From contig NC_043014.1 in the NCBI RefSeq assembly GCF_006345805.1, forward strand, positions 16,430,001 through 16,494,000: a stretch of 64,000 nucleotides of DNA, in the 5' to 3' direction. The number at the start of each line of letters is the position of its first letter. The first letter of the stretch is position 1. The position numbers were made by a program, and so were the translations under genes. This DNA is from Octopus sinensis (Eukaryota). Under the pieces are notes generated by a model. The model was given only the letters and a program-made list of their open reading frames with translations, had not been told where the DNA came from and ran no database searches. Positions 11,636 through 24,719 of the stretch are shown here, piece by piece.

Positions 11636-14600
11636 AACCTCGTCTAATATGTGGCACTTGGTGAAGAATGGAGTTTGATATAGCTACTCTCATTTGCACC
11701 TCTTGCTGTGAGGTAGGTTCATCTGGGACTCTCGACAGGAAGATGTCCAGCTTTTATTTAAAAACTGCTACATCTACTTTGTGCAAGTTCCTCATACTCT
11801 TTGGGAGAATATTAAAAAGCTGTGGGCCCTTGAAACCCAGGCTGTTGCAGAAGCTGGTCCTGAAGTGTGATGGCATTGCTGGGATATTTGGCACTATGCA
11901 GTGTCGTCCCGTTCTAGCATTGGTGTAGCTTACAATGCCAAAATTTGGCACAATTCTTTCCAGGATCATCCAGACATATATTACTGCATACCTCTCCTGT
12001 CTTCTCTCCAGGGAGTAGAGTCTTAGCTGTTTCAACCGTTCCCAGTAGCTGAGCTGTTGCAAAGAGACGATCTTCTTTGTGAATCTTCTCTGGATTGCTT
12101 CAAGGTCCGCTGTTAATTTTACACTGGTGGGTGACCATATCTATGAGCAGTAATCCAGGCGGCTGAGGACGAATGTCCACCAGAGGACCATCATAGTTTC
12201 CTTATCTCTGGTTCTGAATGTTCTCAGGATCCACCCAGTCAGTCGTCTGCACTTTGTCGCCATCCTGGTAATGTGCACTTGGAAAGAGGTATCATCACTC
12301 ATGTCGATACCCAGGTCCCTCACAGACTTAGGCTCTGGGATTGAAATTCCCTGTGGACCGGTGTATCCTGTAAGTTTAATATTCAGTTTTGGATGCTGGT
12401 AGAGCAGGGCCTGGAATTTTTCAGCATTAAACTGCATATTATTATCCTCAGCCCATCTGTAGATTGAGTCCAACTCCTGCTGCAGGTGTGCAACATCACT
12501 GGGGTTCTGTATTTTCTGCGAGACTTTCGTATCGTCTGCATAGCTGGCCTGAGTGGCTATCCGGGAATTTGAAGGCATATCTGAGAGGGCCACTATAAAA
12601 AGCAGTGGTCCCAAGACAGTGCCCTGTGGAACACCGCTCACTATTCGTGTGTTCATAGAGGTGGCTCCATTAACCACTACTGCCTGACTCCTATCTTTCA
12701 GGAAGTCATGTAACCACACTCCAAGATTTCCAGCTATGCCGAGGTCATGCAGTTTGTGGCATATCATACCATGATCCACCTTGTCAAAAGCTTTTGCAAA
12801 ATCAAGGTAGATTACGTCCACATTTGATTTGTTGAGTAACTGCCTCAACACCCAGTCATAATGTTGTAAGAGCTTGGTCAGGCAGCTCCTACCTGGTCGA
12901 AAACAATGCTGGGTATCACTCAGCAAGTTATCTTCCTCAAGGAATGCGATTAGTTTCTTTCTGACTATCCGTTCCATGACTTTGCTGATGTGTGAAGTCA
13001 GAGAGATAGGCCTATAGTTTTTGGCATCTGCTCTACTTCCCCCTTTATGTATTGGGCATATTATTCCCTCCTTCAGCTTGCTTGGCAGTTTGCCATTCGC
13101 AAGAAAGCTCTGGAAGAGAATCTTGAGGGGTTTTGCCAGGGCATGCTTACACGCTTTGAGGAGGATGGCTGGGAAACCATCTGGACCAGCAGCTGAGTTT
13201 GCGTCCACTTCATCTATGGCTAGTAGGACATCTTTTTCGCTTATGTCAATACATTCTATTGTAACCGCCTCGCTGGTTATGGATGAGGCGGCAAAGAAGT
13301 GCACTGGTTCGTTCACTTGTCTGTGTTCCAACGGTGTGGTAAAGACACTTTTGAACTGGTCATTCAGCATCTCACTGATCTTAGTTGGACTGTCTGTGAG
13401 GGAGCCATCCTTTTGGAGGAGGGGTCCTATCTTGTAGTGCACTGAGACTGTTTCTTAAACATAATGAAAGAAGGCCTTTGGGTTTGATTTATTATTTTTT
13501 ATAACCCAGGCTTCTTTGTCTGCTTTCTCCTTCACATAGGATTGTTGCTGCCTTTTTTCAATCTCCATCAGTGTTGTTTTTAGGCGGGACGTTTCGCTAC
13601 TTTTGGGATGTAGGTTGAGACGATTTGCAACCTTCGTCTGTTGTTTCATGAGGATCTTCCTGTCTCTTGGAATCTTGCTCCTATTTGTTTTGGCCTTGTG
13701 CTCTGGGACATATTTCTGGCATACGGCTTGCACAGAAGACATGAAACATTCTAGTTTCATGTCAATATCTGGTGTGGAGAGACATTCCGGCCAGTCCCCT
13801 CTGAGGATCTCTTTTTGGATCGATTTCCAATCTGCTTTATGGAAGATCAGATTGGAGAGATTTCGGGTGCTTCCTTTAGGCTGTGTGTCACTGGTTACTT
13901 TTGGCCCAAACATAGACAGCTCTATTATGTTGTGATCCGAAACTGATGTTGGTTTCACTTTCACATCATGAATGATGTCCGTATTGTTTGTGAAGCAGAG
14001 ATCCAGAATGTTATTCGCCCTAGTTGGCTTGAGTACAACTTGCTCCATGAATAAGGCATTGGTGAGGTTGAGCAGGGACTCCAGCTTTACTTGCTTGCAA
14101 TGATTCATTCCTGAGAGTATGTAACCTTCGGGCCATTTGACGTTGGAGAAGTTGAAATCACCCATAAGAAATATGGTCACGTGGTGTTCCAGATTCATGA
14201 GGATTTCTTTAATTCTTGTGAGGCAATCTTCAAACTTGCCTGTGTGATTTGGGGCATCCGGTGGGCAATATGTATTGCATATGACTATATTATGTTGTCT
14301 TACGTATACAGTTAAAGTGTCACATACCGAATTTGAGTATGTCATTAAGACCTGGGGTGTGAGATCATCTCGGGTGTATACAGCAACTCCACCATGGCTC
14401 CTTTCCCTTCTGTCTGTTCGCAATATGGCATAGTTTGGTATGTGTACTTCTGCGTCCTCTATATCAGGGTTGAGGTGAGTTTCCACAAGTGCTATGCATA
14501 GGGCTTGATTGCATGCAGTAAGATCTCTCAGGAAAGAAATTTTGTTTCTATTTTGATGTAACAGGCCCACAATATTTAGTTAAAGTATTAGGGTGACGGC

Positions 14601-14725
14601 TGTGCAGGCGTTAGTGGAGGCCATCCCGTGTCTGTTGACTGCGGTGGTCTTGCATAGTGGTGGGCAGGGTTCCTTCTCTGTGCTTGCTGTAGCCAGGTTA
14701 GCTGCCGGACAATTCTTTGTGCCAT
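11636..14725 (-). mobile_element. Near full-length CR1-group LINE ORF2 (APE endonuclease + RT), inactivated
   Basis: EN motifs ALVETHL, GGVAVY, MGDFNF, SDHN; RT motifs YRPISLTS, LDFAKAFDKVDH, GVPQGTVLGP, YADD; C-terminal PDEP. One frame is broken by three in-frame stops (13455, 12141, 11754). Confidence 0.93.
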
Positions 14726-14756
14726 ATGTATATGTATATATGTATGTATGTATGTG

Positions 14757-14813
<57 letters not shown>

Positions 14814-14826
14814 ATGTATGTATGTG

Positions 14827-14868
<42 letters not shown>

Positions 14869-15404
14869 TGTATGTGTATATATATATGTATGTGTATATA
14901 TGTATGTATGTGTATATATGTATGTATATATATGTATATATGTATGTATATATATTTATATATGTATGTATATATATGTATATATATATATATATAGATA
15001 TATATGTATTTATGTATATATGTATATATATATATATGTATATATTTATGTATATGTATGTATATATATATATGTATGTATGTATATATATATGTATGTA
15101 TGTATATATGTATGTATATATATGTATGTATGTATATATATATGTATGTATATATGAATATATATATAGGTATGTATATATATATATGTAATGTATGTAT
15201 ATATATATGTATGTATATATATATATATGTATGTATATATGTATATATAATATATATATATATGTATGTATATATGTGTATATATATATATGTATGTATA
15301 TATGTGTGTATATATATATATATGTATGTATATATGTGTATATATATATATGTATGTATATATAAGTTTATATATATATATGTATATATATGTATGTATG
15401 TATA

Positions 15405-15446
<42 letters not shown>

Positions 15447-16066
15447 GAAAAGGGAGGAGCCATGGTGGAGTTGCAATGTACATCCGTGATGACCTCACAC
15501 CCCAAGTCCTGTTGTCATATTCAAACTCAGTGTGTGACACTCAAATTGTACACATAAGACAACTGAATATCGTCATATGCACTACATATCGCCCAACAGA
15601 TGCCCCAAATCACCCAGGCATGTTTGAAGACCTCCTAACAAAAATAGGAGAAGTCCTCACCAACCTTGAACAACACAACATTGTATTCTTCATAGGTGAC
15701 TTTAACTTCCCCAATGTGGAATGGCCTGGGGGGGCAGATGCTCTCAGGGATGACACATCATCAGCAGGCACAGGCAGTGTCCCTGCTCCATCTCACAAAT
15801 GCCTCTTTCATGGAGCAAATAGTTCTGTAACCAACAAGGGCAGATAATATACTGTATCTCTGCTTCACAAACAATATGGATATTATCCATAATGTTAAAG
15901 TGATGCCGACAATGATCTCAGATCACAACATAATAGAGCTGTCTATGTATGGACCAAAAGCCCCCGTAGACACACAGCCTATACGAAGCATCCACCATCT
16001 CTCCAACTTAAACTTTCATAAAGCAAACTGGAAGTTGATTGAGAAAGAGATCCTCAAATGGGATTG
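15447..16066 (+). mobile_element. APE endonuclease fragment of the same CR1-group LINE family
   Basis: [19 protein letters not shown]…[10 protein letters not shown]…SDHNIIELSMYGPK closely parallels the 13455-14570 protein. Confidence 0.88.
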
Positions 16067-16620
16067 GTTCATCTGGGACTCCCGACAAGAAGGGATCCAG
16101 TTTAGTTTTAAAGAAACCCACATCCACACCATGTAAGTCTCTCAGGCATTTAGGGAGGATGTTCAAAAGCTGTGGTCCTCTGAAACCCAAGCTGTTGCAG
16201 TATCTGGTCCTGTATTTTGATGGTGATGTTGGAATCTTTGGCAACATGCAGTGGCGCCCCGTTCTGCGGTTGGGGCAACTTTGAATGCCAAAGTTTGGGA
16301 CCAGACCCTCCATGATTTTCCAGATGTATATCACTGCATATCTCTCCTGCCTTCGCTCTAGGGAGAAGAGGTTTAATACTTTCAGTCTTTCCCAGTAGCT
16401 GATATTTTGCATTGAGATGATCTTTTTTGTGTAGCTTCTTTGATTTGCTTTGAGTTCTGCTGTTAGTTTCATATTGTGTGGTGACCATAGTTGGGAGCAG
16501 TAGTCCAAGCGGCTGAGGATGAATGTTTTCCAGAGGACCATTAGTGTCTCCTTCTCTCTTGTTCTGAAAGTTTGGAGAATCCATCCAGCTAGCCGTCTGC
16601 ATTTTATCACCAGCTTAGTA
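16067..16620 (-). mobile_element. 3' ORF2 fragment of the same CR1-group LINE, in inverted orientation
   Basis: [17 protein letters not shown]…[10 protein letters not shown]…VPDEP. Confidence 0.88.
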
Positions 16621-16621
16621 C

Positions 16622-16676
<55 letters not shown>

Positions 16677-17006
16677 TATATATATGTATCTATATATATG
16701 TATATACATATATGTATCTATATATATGTATATACATATATGTATCTATATATATGTATCTGTATATGTATATACATATATGTATATATATATATGTATA
16801 TATATATGTATATATATATGTACATATATATATATGTATATATATAGTATATATATATATATATGTAATTATATATAAGTATATATATCATCATCGTCGT
16901 TTAACGTCCGTTCTCCATGCTATATATATATATGATTATATATATGTATATATATATATATATATGTAATTATATATATGTATATATATATGTAATTATA
17001 TATATG

Positions 17007-17045
<39 letters not shown>

Positions 17046-17117
17046 GTAATTATATATATATATATATATAATATGTAATTATATATATGTATCTATATAT
17101 ATGTATCTATATATATG

Positions 17118-17148
<31 letters not shown>

Positions 17149-17189
17149 GTAATTATATATATGTAATTATATATCTATATATATGTATA

Positions 17190-17279
<90 letters not shown>

Positions 17280-17312
17280 TATATATAATATATAGATATA
17301 TAGATATATATC

Positions 17313-17346
<34 letters not shown>

Positions 17347-17639
17347 CAGACAGAGACAGTAATACTTCACATTACAAGGACCTGCTTTACAGTAATAAAT
17401 ATAAAATGATTAAACAGCCATTGTGTGTGTGTGTGTGTGTGTCTACACTGGTTCTGATATGTCTACACAGTAATGGAGTAAAAGGATGGCATAGAAATTT
17501 TATTGCTACTATAGTAAATTACTGCTCTGCTTTGCAAGTTCTCTTTTTACGAGCGGTCTCCGGGAATATATCAACTTGCATATGAAGGCATTACTGTGCC
17601 TGTGTGCATATATAGGGGCAGGCTGTCACAGTAAACAAC

Positions 17640-17905
17640 ATCATCATCATCATTTAGCGTCCGCTTTCCGTGCTAGCACGGGTTGGACGGTTCAAATGGG
17701 GTCTGGGTAGCCAGAAGGCTGCACCAGGCCCAGTCTGTTCTGGCAACGTTTCTACAGCTGGATGCCCTTCCTAATGCCAACTACTCCGTGAGTGTTGTGG
17801 GTGCTTTTTACATGTCACTGGCACAGGTGCCAGACAGGGCTGGCAAATGGCCACAGTCGGATGGTGCTTTTTACATGCCACCGGCACGGGGGCCAGGCGA
17901 CGAAA
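17640..17905 (-). mobile_element. RTE-type 3' end repeat (family C)
   Basis: (cat)n followed by ttagcgtccgctttccgtgctagcacgggttggacgg, the reverse of family C. Confidence 0.75.
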
Positions 17906-18844
17906 ACAAATGAGTTAAGTACACAAATAATAAGAGGAAAGAATAGAAAACTGGATAAGTAATACACAGAAAGAACCCTTCGTATGTTGTCGGCTGTCTA
18001 TCTACTCCTCATTTCTAGCATTCAACGACAACTATTCCCATAAATTACCAAAATAAAATTTGGGATTTCTGGACGGTTGAAGTTGGGAACTAAAACAGGA
18101 AAGTGGAGACAGAGAAGGAAACCAAACGAAAACAAGCGTGGAGGGTCGTTGGACCAGAATGAGGGGGGGGGGAATAATAAAAGTGAAAAGAGAGGAGTAG
18201 AAGACATCCAGTTGTTAGAAAAAGAAAGAGGGCCACATATAAATAGTTATGGTACATTCTGTTAAGAATGTAGAACAGTATAAAGATCGCCTACCTTCAG
18301 ATTTAATCCTGTGCTGTCCAGTGGTAATAGATTTACTTCCAGGTTTGTGTTTGGGTTTCTCTGTCGTGTGTGAACAGGGAACTGGAAAAAAATTGGAGTC
18401 AATAAGAAGGGACAGAGTTGGACATTTTTATTTTTTTAATCACTGCAATGGTTTCCACGCAACCTGCTTCTCCAGGTGAGCAGGGAGTTGATTATGCAAC
18501 CGTTTTCCTCTGTTACGACATCTGGTTGTGTTTCCTCAGGTGATATATAAATATTGCTGCCCAAAGTTTAAAATTCTTGGCTTCAAGACCATCCCATCCA
18601 TCTGTTGTGGCCTAAATTTAGTAGTAGTAGTAGTCTGAGCTTATCAGGGCGTGTTGTTGCTGAAGGACTGTTGGAGGACTATGTCATGTGGAAACAATTG
18701 TAGTGATTAAAGAAATAAATGCCCAACCATAGCCCTTCTTGTTAGACACAATTTTCTCAATTATATGTAATACATAATATATATACATACAGTAGTACCT
18801 CAGTTTATGAACGCCTCTGATCACGAATAAATCGTACTTTATAT

Positions 18845-19230
18845 AGGCGCAGGAGTGGCTGTGTGGTAAGTAGCTTGCTTACCAACCACATGGTTCTGGG
18901 TTCAGTCCCACTGCGTGGCACCTTGGGCAAGTGTCTTCTACTATAGCCTCGGGCCGACCAAAGCCTTGTGAGTGGATTTGGTAGACGGAAGCTGAAAGAA
19001 GCCCATCATATATATGTATATATATATATGCGTGTGTGTGTTTGTCCCCCTAGCATTGCTTGACAACCGATGCTGGTGAGTTTATGTCCCCGTAACTTAG
19101 CAGTTCAGCAAATAGACCGATAGAATAAGTACTTGGCTTACAAAGAATAAGTCCTGGGGTCAAGTTGCTCGATTAAAGGTGGTGCTCCAGCATGGCCGCA
19201 GTCAAATGACTGAAACAAGTAAAAAAAAAA
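18845..19230 (+). mobile_element. SINE family A, full-length reference copy
   Basis: ggcgcaggagtggctgtgtggt (A box), gggttcagtccc (B box), gcaccttgggcaagtg core, internal microsatellite, tail gctccagcatggccgcagtcaaatgactgaaacaagtaaaa. Further copies or fragments at about 23215, 27655, 28170, 29330, 38725, 41890, 47635, 53870, 56530, 57245 and 61750. Confidence 0.88.
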
Positions 19231-19971
19231 TATATAGGATCTTTTCGGTTTGAACGGCAGTTTTTAACAATTTCTAGGTAACTAAAAAATGTTAAACTTC
19301 GTATACTGGTAGAATGTGTTAATAAAACATCTTTATACAGCATGGAATTTATATATTTAAACATAATTACAGAGTTGTTAGAAAAGAGTTTATTGTAGAA
19401 ATAAGGGTGTGGGGCATGCAGATAATGTCTTAACAGCTGTTTCCAGAGCAGATGTGCTTATGGTGCATTTCTTAGCGAACTAAGATAAACTATTGTAGCC
19501 GACTGTTCAATCCTTAATAATCCTTAACTAAAAGGGCTTGTTGGTGAACCATTCCTTCCAGCCTGTGATGTTTGAGACATTTGGAAGACATCTGAGACAT
19601 TTCACTAATAGCAAAGTTCTTGTCATCGTTTGTGCTTTACCTTGAGGGTGAAATATATGGGGTTTGAGAATGGCATGACTAGAGTGTGTGCCATCTGGAG
19701 CAGCCCTTGATTGTGCTCTACATTCCGAAAACACTCTGAGGATTTTTCACCAGGTTGTGCCAGGTTGTGGCTCTAATACCACTCGGTGTCAGACCAATCC
19801 GCCTTGGGAGGCCCTACCAGGGACCGAAGTTTCCGACGGCATAGCTCTGACACTACCTGTTACCAGCGTCCCCACCATGGTGAGGAGGGGATGGACTTTG
19901 GGGACTCCTCGGAGTGTCTTTTTCTGCAACCGGCGGCTCCTCAGTCTTTCTGTCCCTGCATCTCTTTCCTC

Positions 19972-20345
19972 GTTTCAGTCATTTGACTGTGGCCATGCTG
20001 GAGCACCGCCTTCAGTTGAGCAAATCGATCCCGGGACTTATTCTTTTGTAAGCCCAGTACTTATTCTATCGGTCTCTTTTGCCGAACCGCTAAGTGACGG
20101 GGACGCAAACACACCAGCATCGGTTGTCAAGCAATGCTAGGGGGACAAACACAGACGCACAAACACACATACATATATATACATATATACAACAGGCTTC
20201 TTTCAGTTTCCGTCTACCAAATCCACTCACAAGGCATTGGTCGGCCCGAGGCTATAGCAGAAGACACTTGCCCAAGATGCTACGCAGTAGGACTGAACCC
20301 AGAACCATGTGGTCGGTTAGCAAGCTACTTGCCACATAGCCACTC
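19972..20345 (-). mobile_element. SINE family A
   Basis: Reverse complement of the 18845 copy. Confidence 0.85.
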
Positions 20346-20704
20346 TGCGGACAGTCTGCAGCAAACAGGATGTCTCTACATGCGGGATTGTTGGGGACTG
20401 CTTGTGAAATCCACATATTCCCACAAAACTTCTTCCAACTTTTTCGAGATGCTTTGAGGGTGGTAGAAGAAGCCAACTCAACCCACCCAGGGTGAATGTT
20501 TCAACAAGTACAAGTAAGTACATCCCGAAGGTCCTGAGGCTTATACAGCCCAACACAACAGATACAAAATTGCCTCTGCCTCCTCATAATATATATGTAT
20601 GTATATAACTGGAAGGTTTACGAAAATAAACAAAAGACGAAGGCAGGTGGAGTACAAACAAACAAATGTACTAGTATGGCACTCAGGAATAGAAATAAAA
20701 CAAG

Positions 20705-20742
20705 TCTTTTACGTTTCGAGCCTATGCTCTTCGACAGAAAGA
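20705..20742 (-). ncRNA. Minimal hammerhead-like motif (family H2) in a repeat at about 20595-20790
   Basis: Minus strand: TCTTT-CTGTCGA-A-GAGC(ATAG)GCTC-GAAAC-GT-A-AAAGA. Confidence 0.6.
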
Positions 20743-21099
20743 TACACAGAAAAGAAACAAGGAGAGAAAAAAATTACGTGTAGGGGCTAATATGTATAGT
20801 TATATTTTTCTTACAAAAGATACAGACAGCATAGAAGTGCTGAAGTCAAGCCTGAGACATTAGACAATTATAATAAATGGAATGGAGAAAGCTCAAATCA
20901 TTTAAACCACAACGAACACACATGTATATGGGTATAATTATATATATGTGTGCTAATTTACAGACACACACCCGGGCAAATACTTAAACACACAGACACA
21001 CACGTGTGTGAGTTGATGCATGGAAGTATATAAAAAAAAAGCTATAAGACATTAAAACAATGGAATCTAAGGCCTGACAGTTCTGTGTGTGTGTGTATG

Positions 21100-21137
<38 letters not shown>

Positions 21138-21156
21138 CATACATATATATATATAC

Positions 21157-21212
<56 letters not shown>

Positions 21213-21265
21213 TATATACATATACATATACATATATATATATATACATATATATACATATATAC

Positions 21266-21323
<58 letters not shown>

Positions 21324-21329
21324 ATATAC

Positions 21330-21411
<82 letters not shown>

Positions 21412-21417
21412 ATATAC

Positions 21418-21469
<52 letters not shown>

Positions 21470-21547
21470 ATACATATATATATATATAAACATATGCATA
21501 TATATATATACATATACATATATATATATATGTGTGTACATATATAT

Positions 21548-22010
21548 AGCGGAGGCGGGAGAGATATGCAGTGATATACATCTGGAAAATCCTGGAGGGT
21601 CTTGTCCCAAACTTTGGCATTCAAAGTTACTCCAACCGCAGAACGGGGCGCCGCTGCGTGGTGCCAAGGATTCCAACATCACCATCAAAATACAGGTCCA
21701 GATACTGCAACAGCTTGGGTTTCAGAGGACCACAGCTCTTTAACATCCTCCCTAAATGCCTGAGAGACTTACATGGTGTGGATGTGGGTTTCTTTAAAAC
21801 TAAACTGGATCTCTTCTTGTTGGGAGTCCCAGATGAACCTACCTCACGACAGGAGACACGGATGCGGGCAGCAGCATCGAACTCCCTTGTTGATCAAGTG
21901 CCACGTATCAGAGGTGGATTCACAAACTAGTGTAGCTCATTCAGCGGTGGTGCCCCAGCATGGCCGCGGCCTTCGGGCTAAAACATTTTTAAGGATTTAA
22001 GGATTTATAT
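21548..22010 (+). mobile_element. 5'-truncated CR1-group LINE with an intact 3' end
   Basis: [15 protein letters not shown]…VPDEPTSRQETRMRAAASNSLVDQ…*, then a short 3' UTR and (taaggatt)n tail. Confidence 0.88.
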
Positions 22011-22011
22011 A

Positions 22012-22057
<46 letters not shown>

Positions 22058-22150
22058 TATACATATATATATAGATATATATATATATACATATACATAT
22101 ATATATACATATATATATATACATATATATACATGTATATATATATATAC

Positions 22151-22243
<93 letters not shown>

Positions 22244-22245
<2 letters not shown>

Positions 22246-22480
22246 AGGACACATCAAAAAAGAAACTGACCACACAAAATTCAAGAAGTCTTTGGACAAA
22301 TTCCTTTAAACAGTACCGGACAAACCACTCACACCCGGATATGTCTCCGCAAACAATAACTCTCTGCTCGAATGGGCCTTGGTGCTCAAATCCTGAACTG
22401 AAAGACTTCGCCAGGTGGTGCTATTAAGTTAGACATGGCCTGGGCCAATACTGGCCAAAACCGTTCTAAGTTATTCTAAG

Positions 22481-22483
<3 letters not shown>
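22244..22483 (+). mobile_element. 3' end of a second CR1-group LINE family
   Basis: [20 protein letters not shown]…NNSLLEW and a (ttctaagtta)n-type tail. Confidence 0.65.
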
Positions 22484-22518
<35 letters not shown>

Positions 22519-22589
22519 CTTAGAATAACTTAGAAAGGTTTTGGCCAGTATTGGCCCAGGCCATATATATATATATATATGTACACATA

Positions 22590-22632
<43 letters not shown>

Positions 22633-24104
22633 GATATATATATATATATATAACAAAGTGGAGTTGTGGGGTACCGCACGAGTGGAATTATATATGAAAG
22701 AAGGTTTGAAAATGCAATTTAAAAGATGTTTATTTACTTTACCAGTTACACTCTTTGGAAAAAGATTGTCAAAAGTGACAAGTAGAAGTTTGGTTGCATT
22801 AATTATTGGTTGTTGCAAATTGTTACATTACATATATACAGTCTTTGGTAACAGGGACATTTTAAGGACATAAAAAAGTTAAACAAGTTCCTTAAAATAT
22901 TGGGCACAAAAGATTACTACATAAATAATCGTTCTCAAGGACATGCTTAAGATAGTTTCCAGAAGGAATTGATATTGGTATTGTATCTGCATATTCAAAC
23001 ATGCACAGAATATTGGTTGACACAGAGTACTATAATCCATATAAATATACATTCTTTGGTGACAAGAGTATGTTGAGAATATAAAAAAGTTTAACAAGCT
23101 CATTGAAATAATTCCATCGATAATAATACAGACAAGAAAGGAGTCGATATTATCATATGAAGTCCTGGAATCTTATCAACCTCTAACAATGCATCAAGTT
23201 TTAGGTCCTAGCCCTGCAAGGATGGCCGTGTGGTTAAGAAGCTCGCTTTGCAACCATCTGGTTTCAGGTTCAGTCTCACTGCGTGACATTTGGGCAAGTG
23301 TCTCCTGCTATAATTTCGGGGCTATATATATGTGTGTGTGTGTGTGTGTGTATTATTGTTTACTTGTTTCAGACATTGAACTGCTTGAAGTGTTCATTCG
23401 AACAAATCAACTCCAATACTTATTTTTTAAAAGACTATGTTACTTTGCCGAAACGCTTTATATGGAGAAATAAACAAACCAGCTCCGATTGTCAAGCGGT
23501 GATGGGTGACAAACCCAAAAACACACACACATATACGACTGGTTTCCTAACTGTTTCGCCGGAGCTGACACTTGCTCAAAGTACTGCACTGTGGGACTCA
23601 ACTTTTTCTTAATGTCTTCTGATAGTGTTGAAGCCAGTGAGTGTTAAAAAGTATTTTCCAACACTCAGTCCAGATTAGAAACACTTTCTGCTTTAAGGGA
23701 TGAATATGTGGGGAGAAATTCTTTTACATTTAGGAGCATCTTTCCAATATACCTGAAACATGTATAACGAGAAAAAACATTTATTTATTTGAAAGCCTTT
23801 GAAAGTGGAAATTACAGGCGATATGAAAACATCCAAATATTGTCTTTAGTAAAATAAAATATAACTGGAAATCTACTCAGAGATCCGGTCCAGAAATAAT
23901 TGTTACCTCATTAGAGAGGATGTGCCCTTTATTCTTTAGCTATATAGAAAACTACTAATTTTAATTGCGATATATATGAATCAATCAATACTTATTATTC
24001 GAAATTCAACAAAGGAATAAGAGGAAAAAAACGGGTATAGTCAGTCATTGGCAGACATAGTTTATAAGGCTTTCCACTCCTTTCCATCTTCAGCTGCTAG
24101 AAGT

Positions 24105-24712
24105 ATTTCTATTCCTTTATTACCCACAAGGGGCTAAACACAGAGGGGACAAACAAGGACAGACAAATGGATTAAGTCGATTACTTCGACCCCAGTGCGA
24201 AACTGGTACTTAATTTATCGACCCCGAAAGGATGAAAGGCAAAGGCGTTCACAGAAGAATTTGAACTCAGAACATAAAGACAGAAGAAATACCTATTTCT
24301 TTACTACCCACAAGGGGCTAAACACAGAGAGGACAAATAAGGACAGACAAACGGGTTAAATCGATTATATTGACCCCAGTGCGCAACTGGTACTTATTTA
24401 ATCGACCCCCAAAAGGATGAAAAGCAAAGTCGACTTTGGCGGAATTTGAACTCAGAAAGTAGCGGCCGACGAAATATCTGTTTCTTTATTACCCACAAGG
24501 GTCTAAACATAGAGGGGACAAACAAGGACTGAACTGACAATCGGATTAAGTCGATTACATCGACCCCAGTGTGTAACTGGTACTTAATTTATCAACCCCG
24601 AAAGGATGAAAGGCAAAGTCGACCTCGGCGGAATTTGAACTCAGAACGTAGCGGCAGATGAAATACGGCTACGCATTTCGCCCGGCGTGCTAACGTTTCT
24701 GCCAGCTCATCG
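24105..24712 (-). mobile_element. Three tandem SINE family B units
   Basis: acccacaaggggctaaaca…gtcgattac…aaggatgaaaggcaaagtcgac occurs three times; the head is present only in the last unit (…gccagctc at about 24708). Confidence 0.85.
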
Positions 24713-24719
24713 CATTGAG

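Noticed and set aside
17905-18720. Unique-looking stretch, possibly a decayed Penelope-like element
   Set aside because: All frames are interrupted and no RT, GIY-YIG or hammerhead motif could be confirmed.
18845-18920. tRNA-like heads with A and B boxes (SINE A and B)
   Set aside because: No complete cloverleaf; they continue into SINE bodies and occur in many diverged copies.
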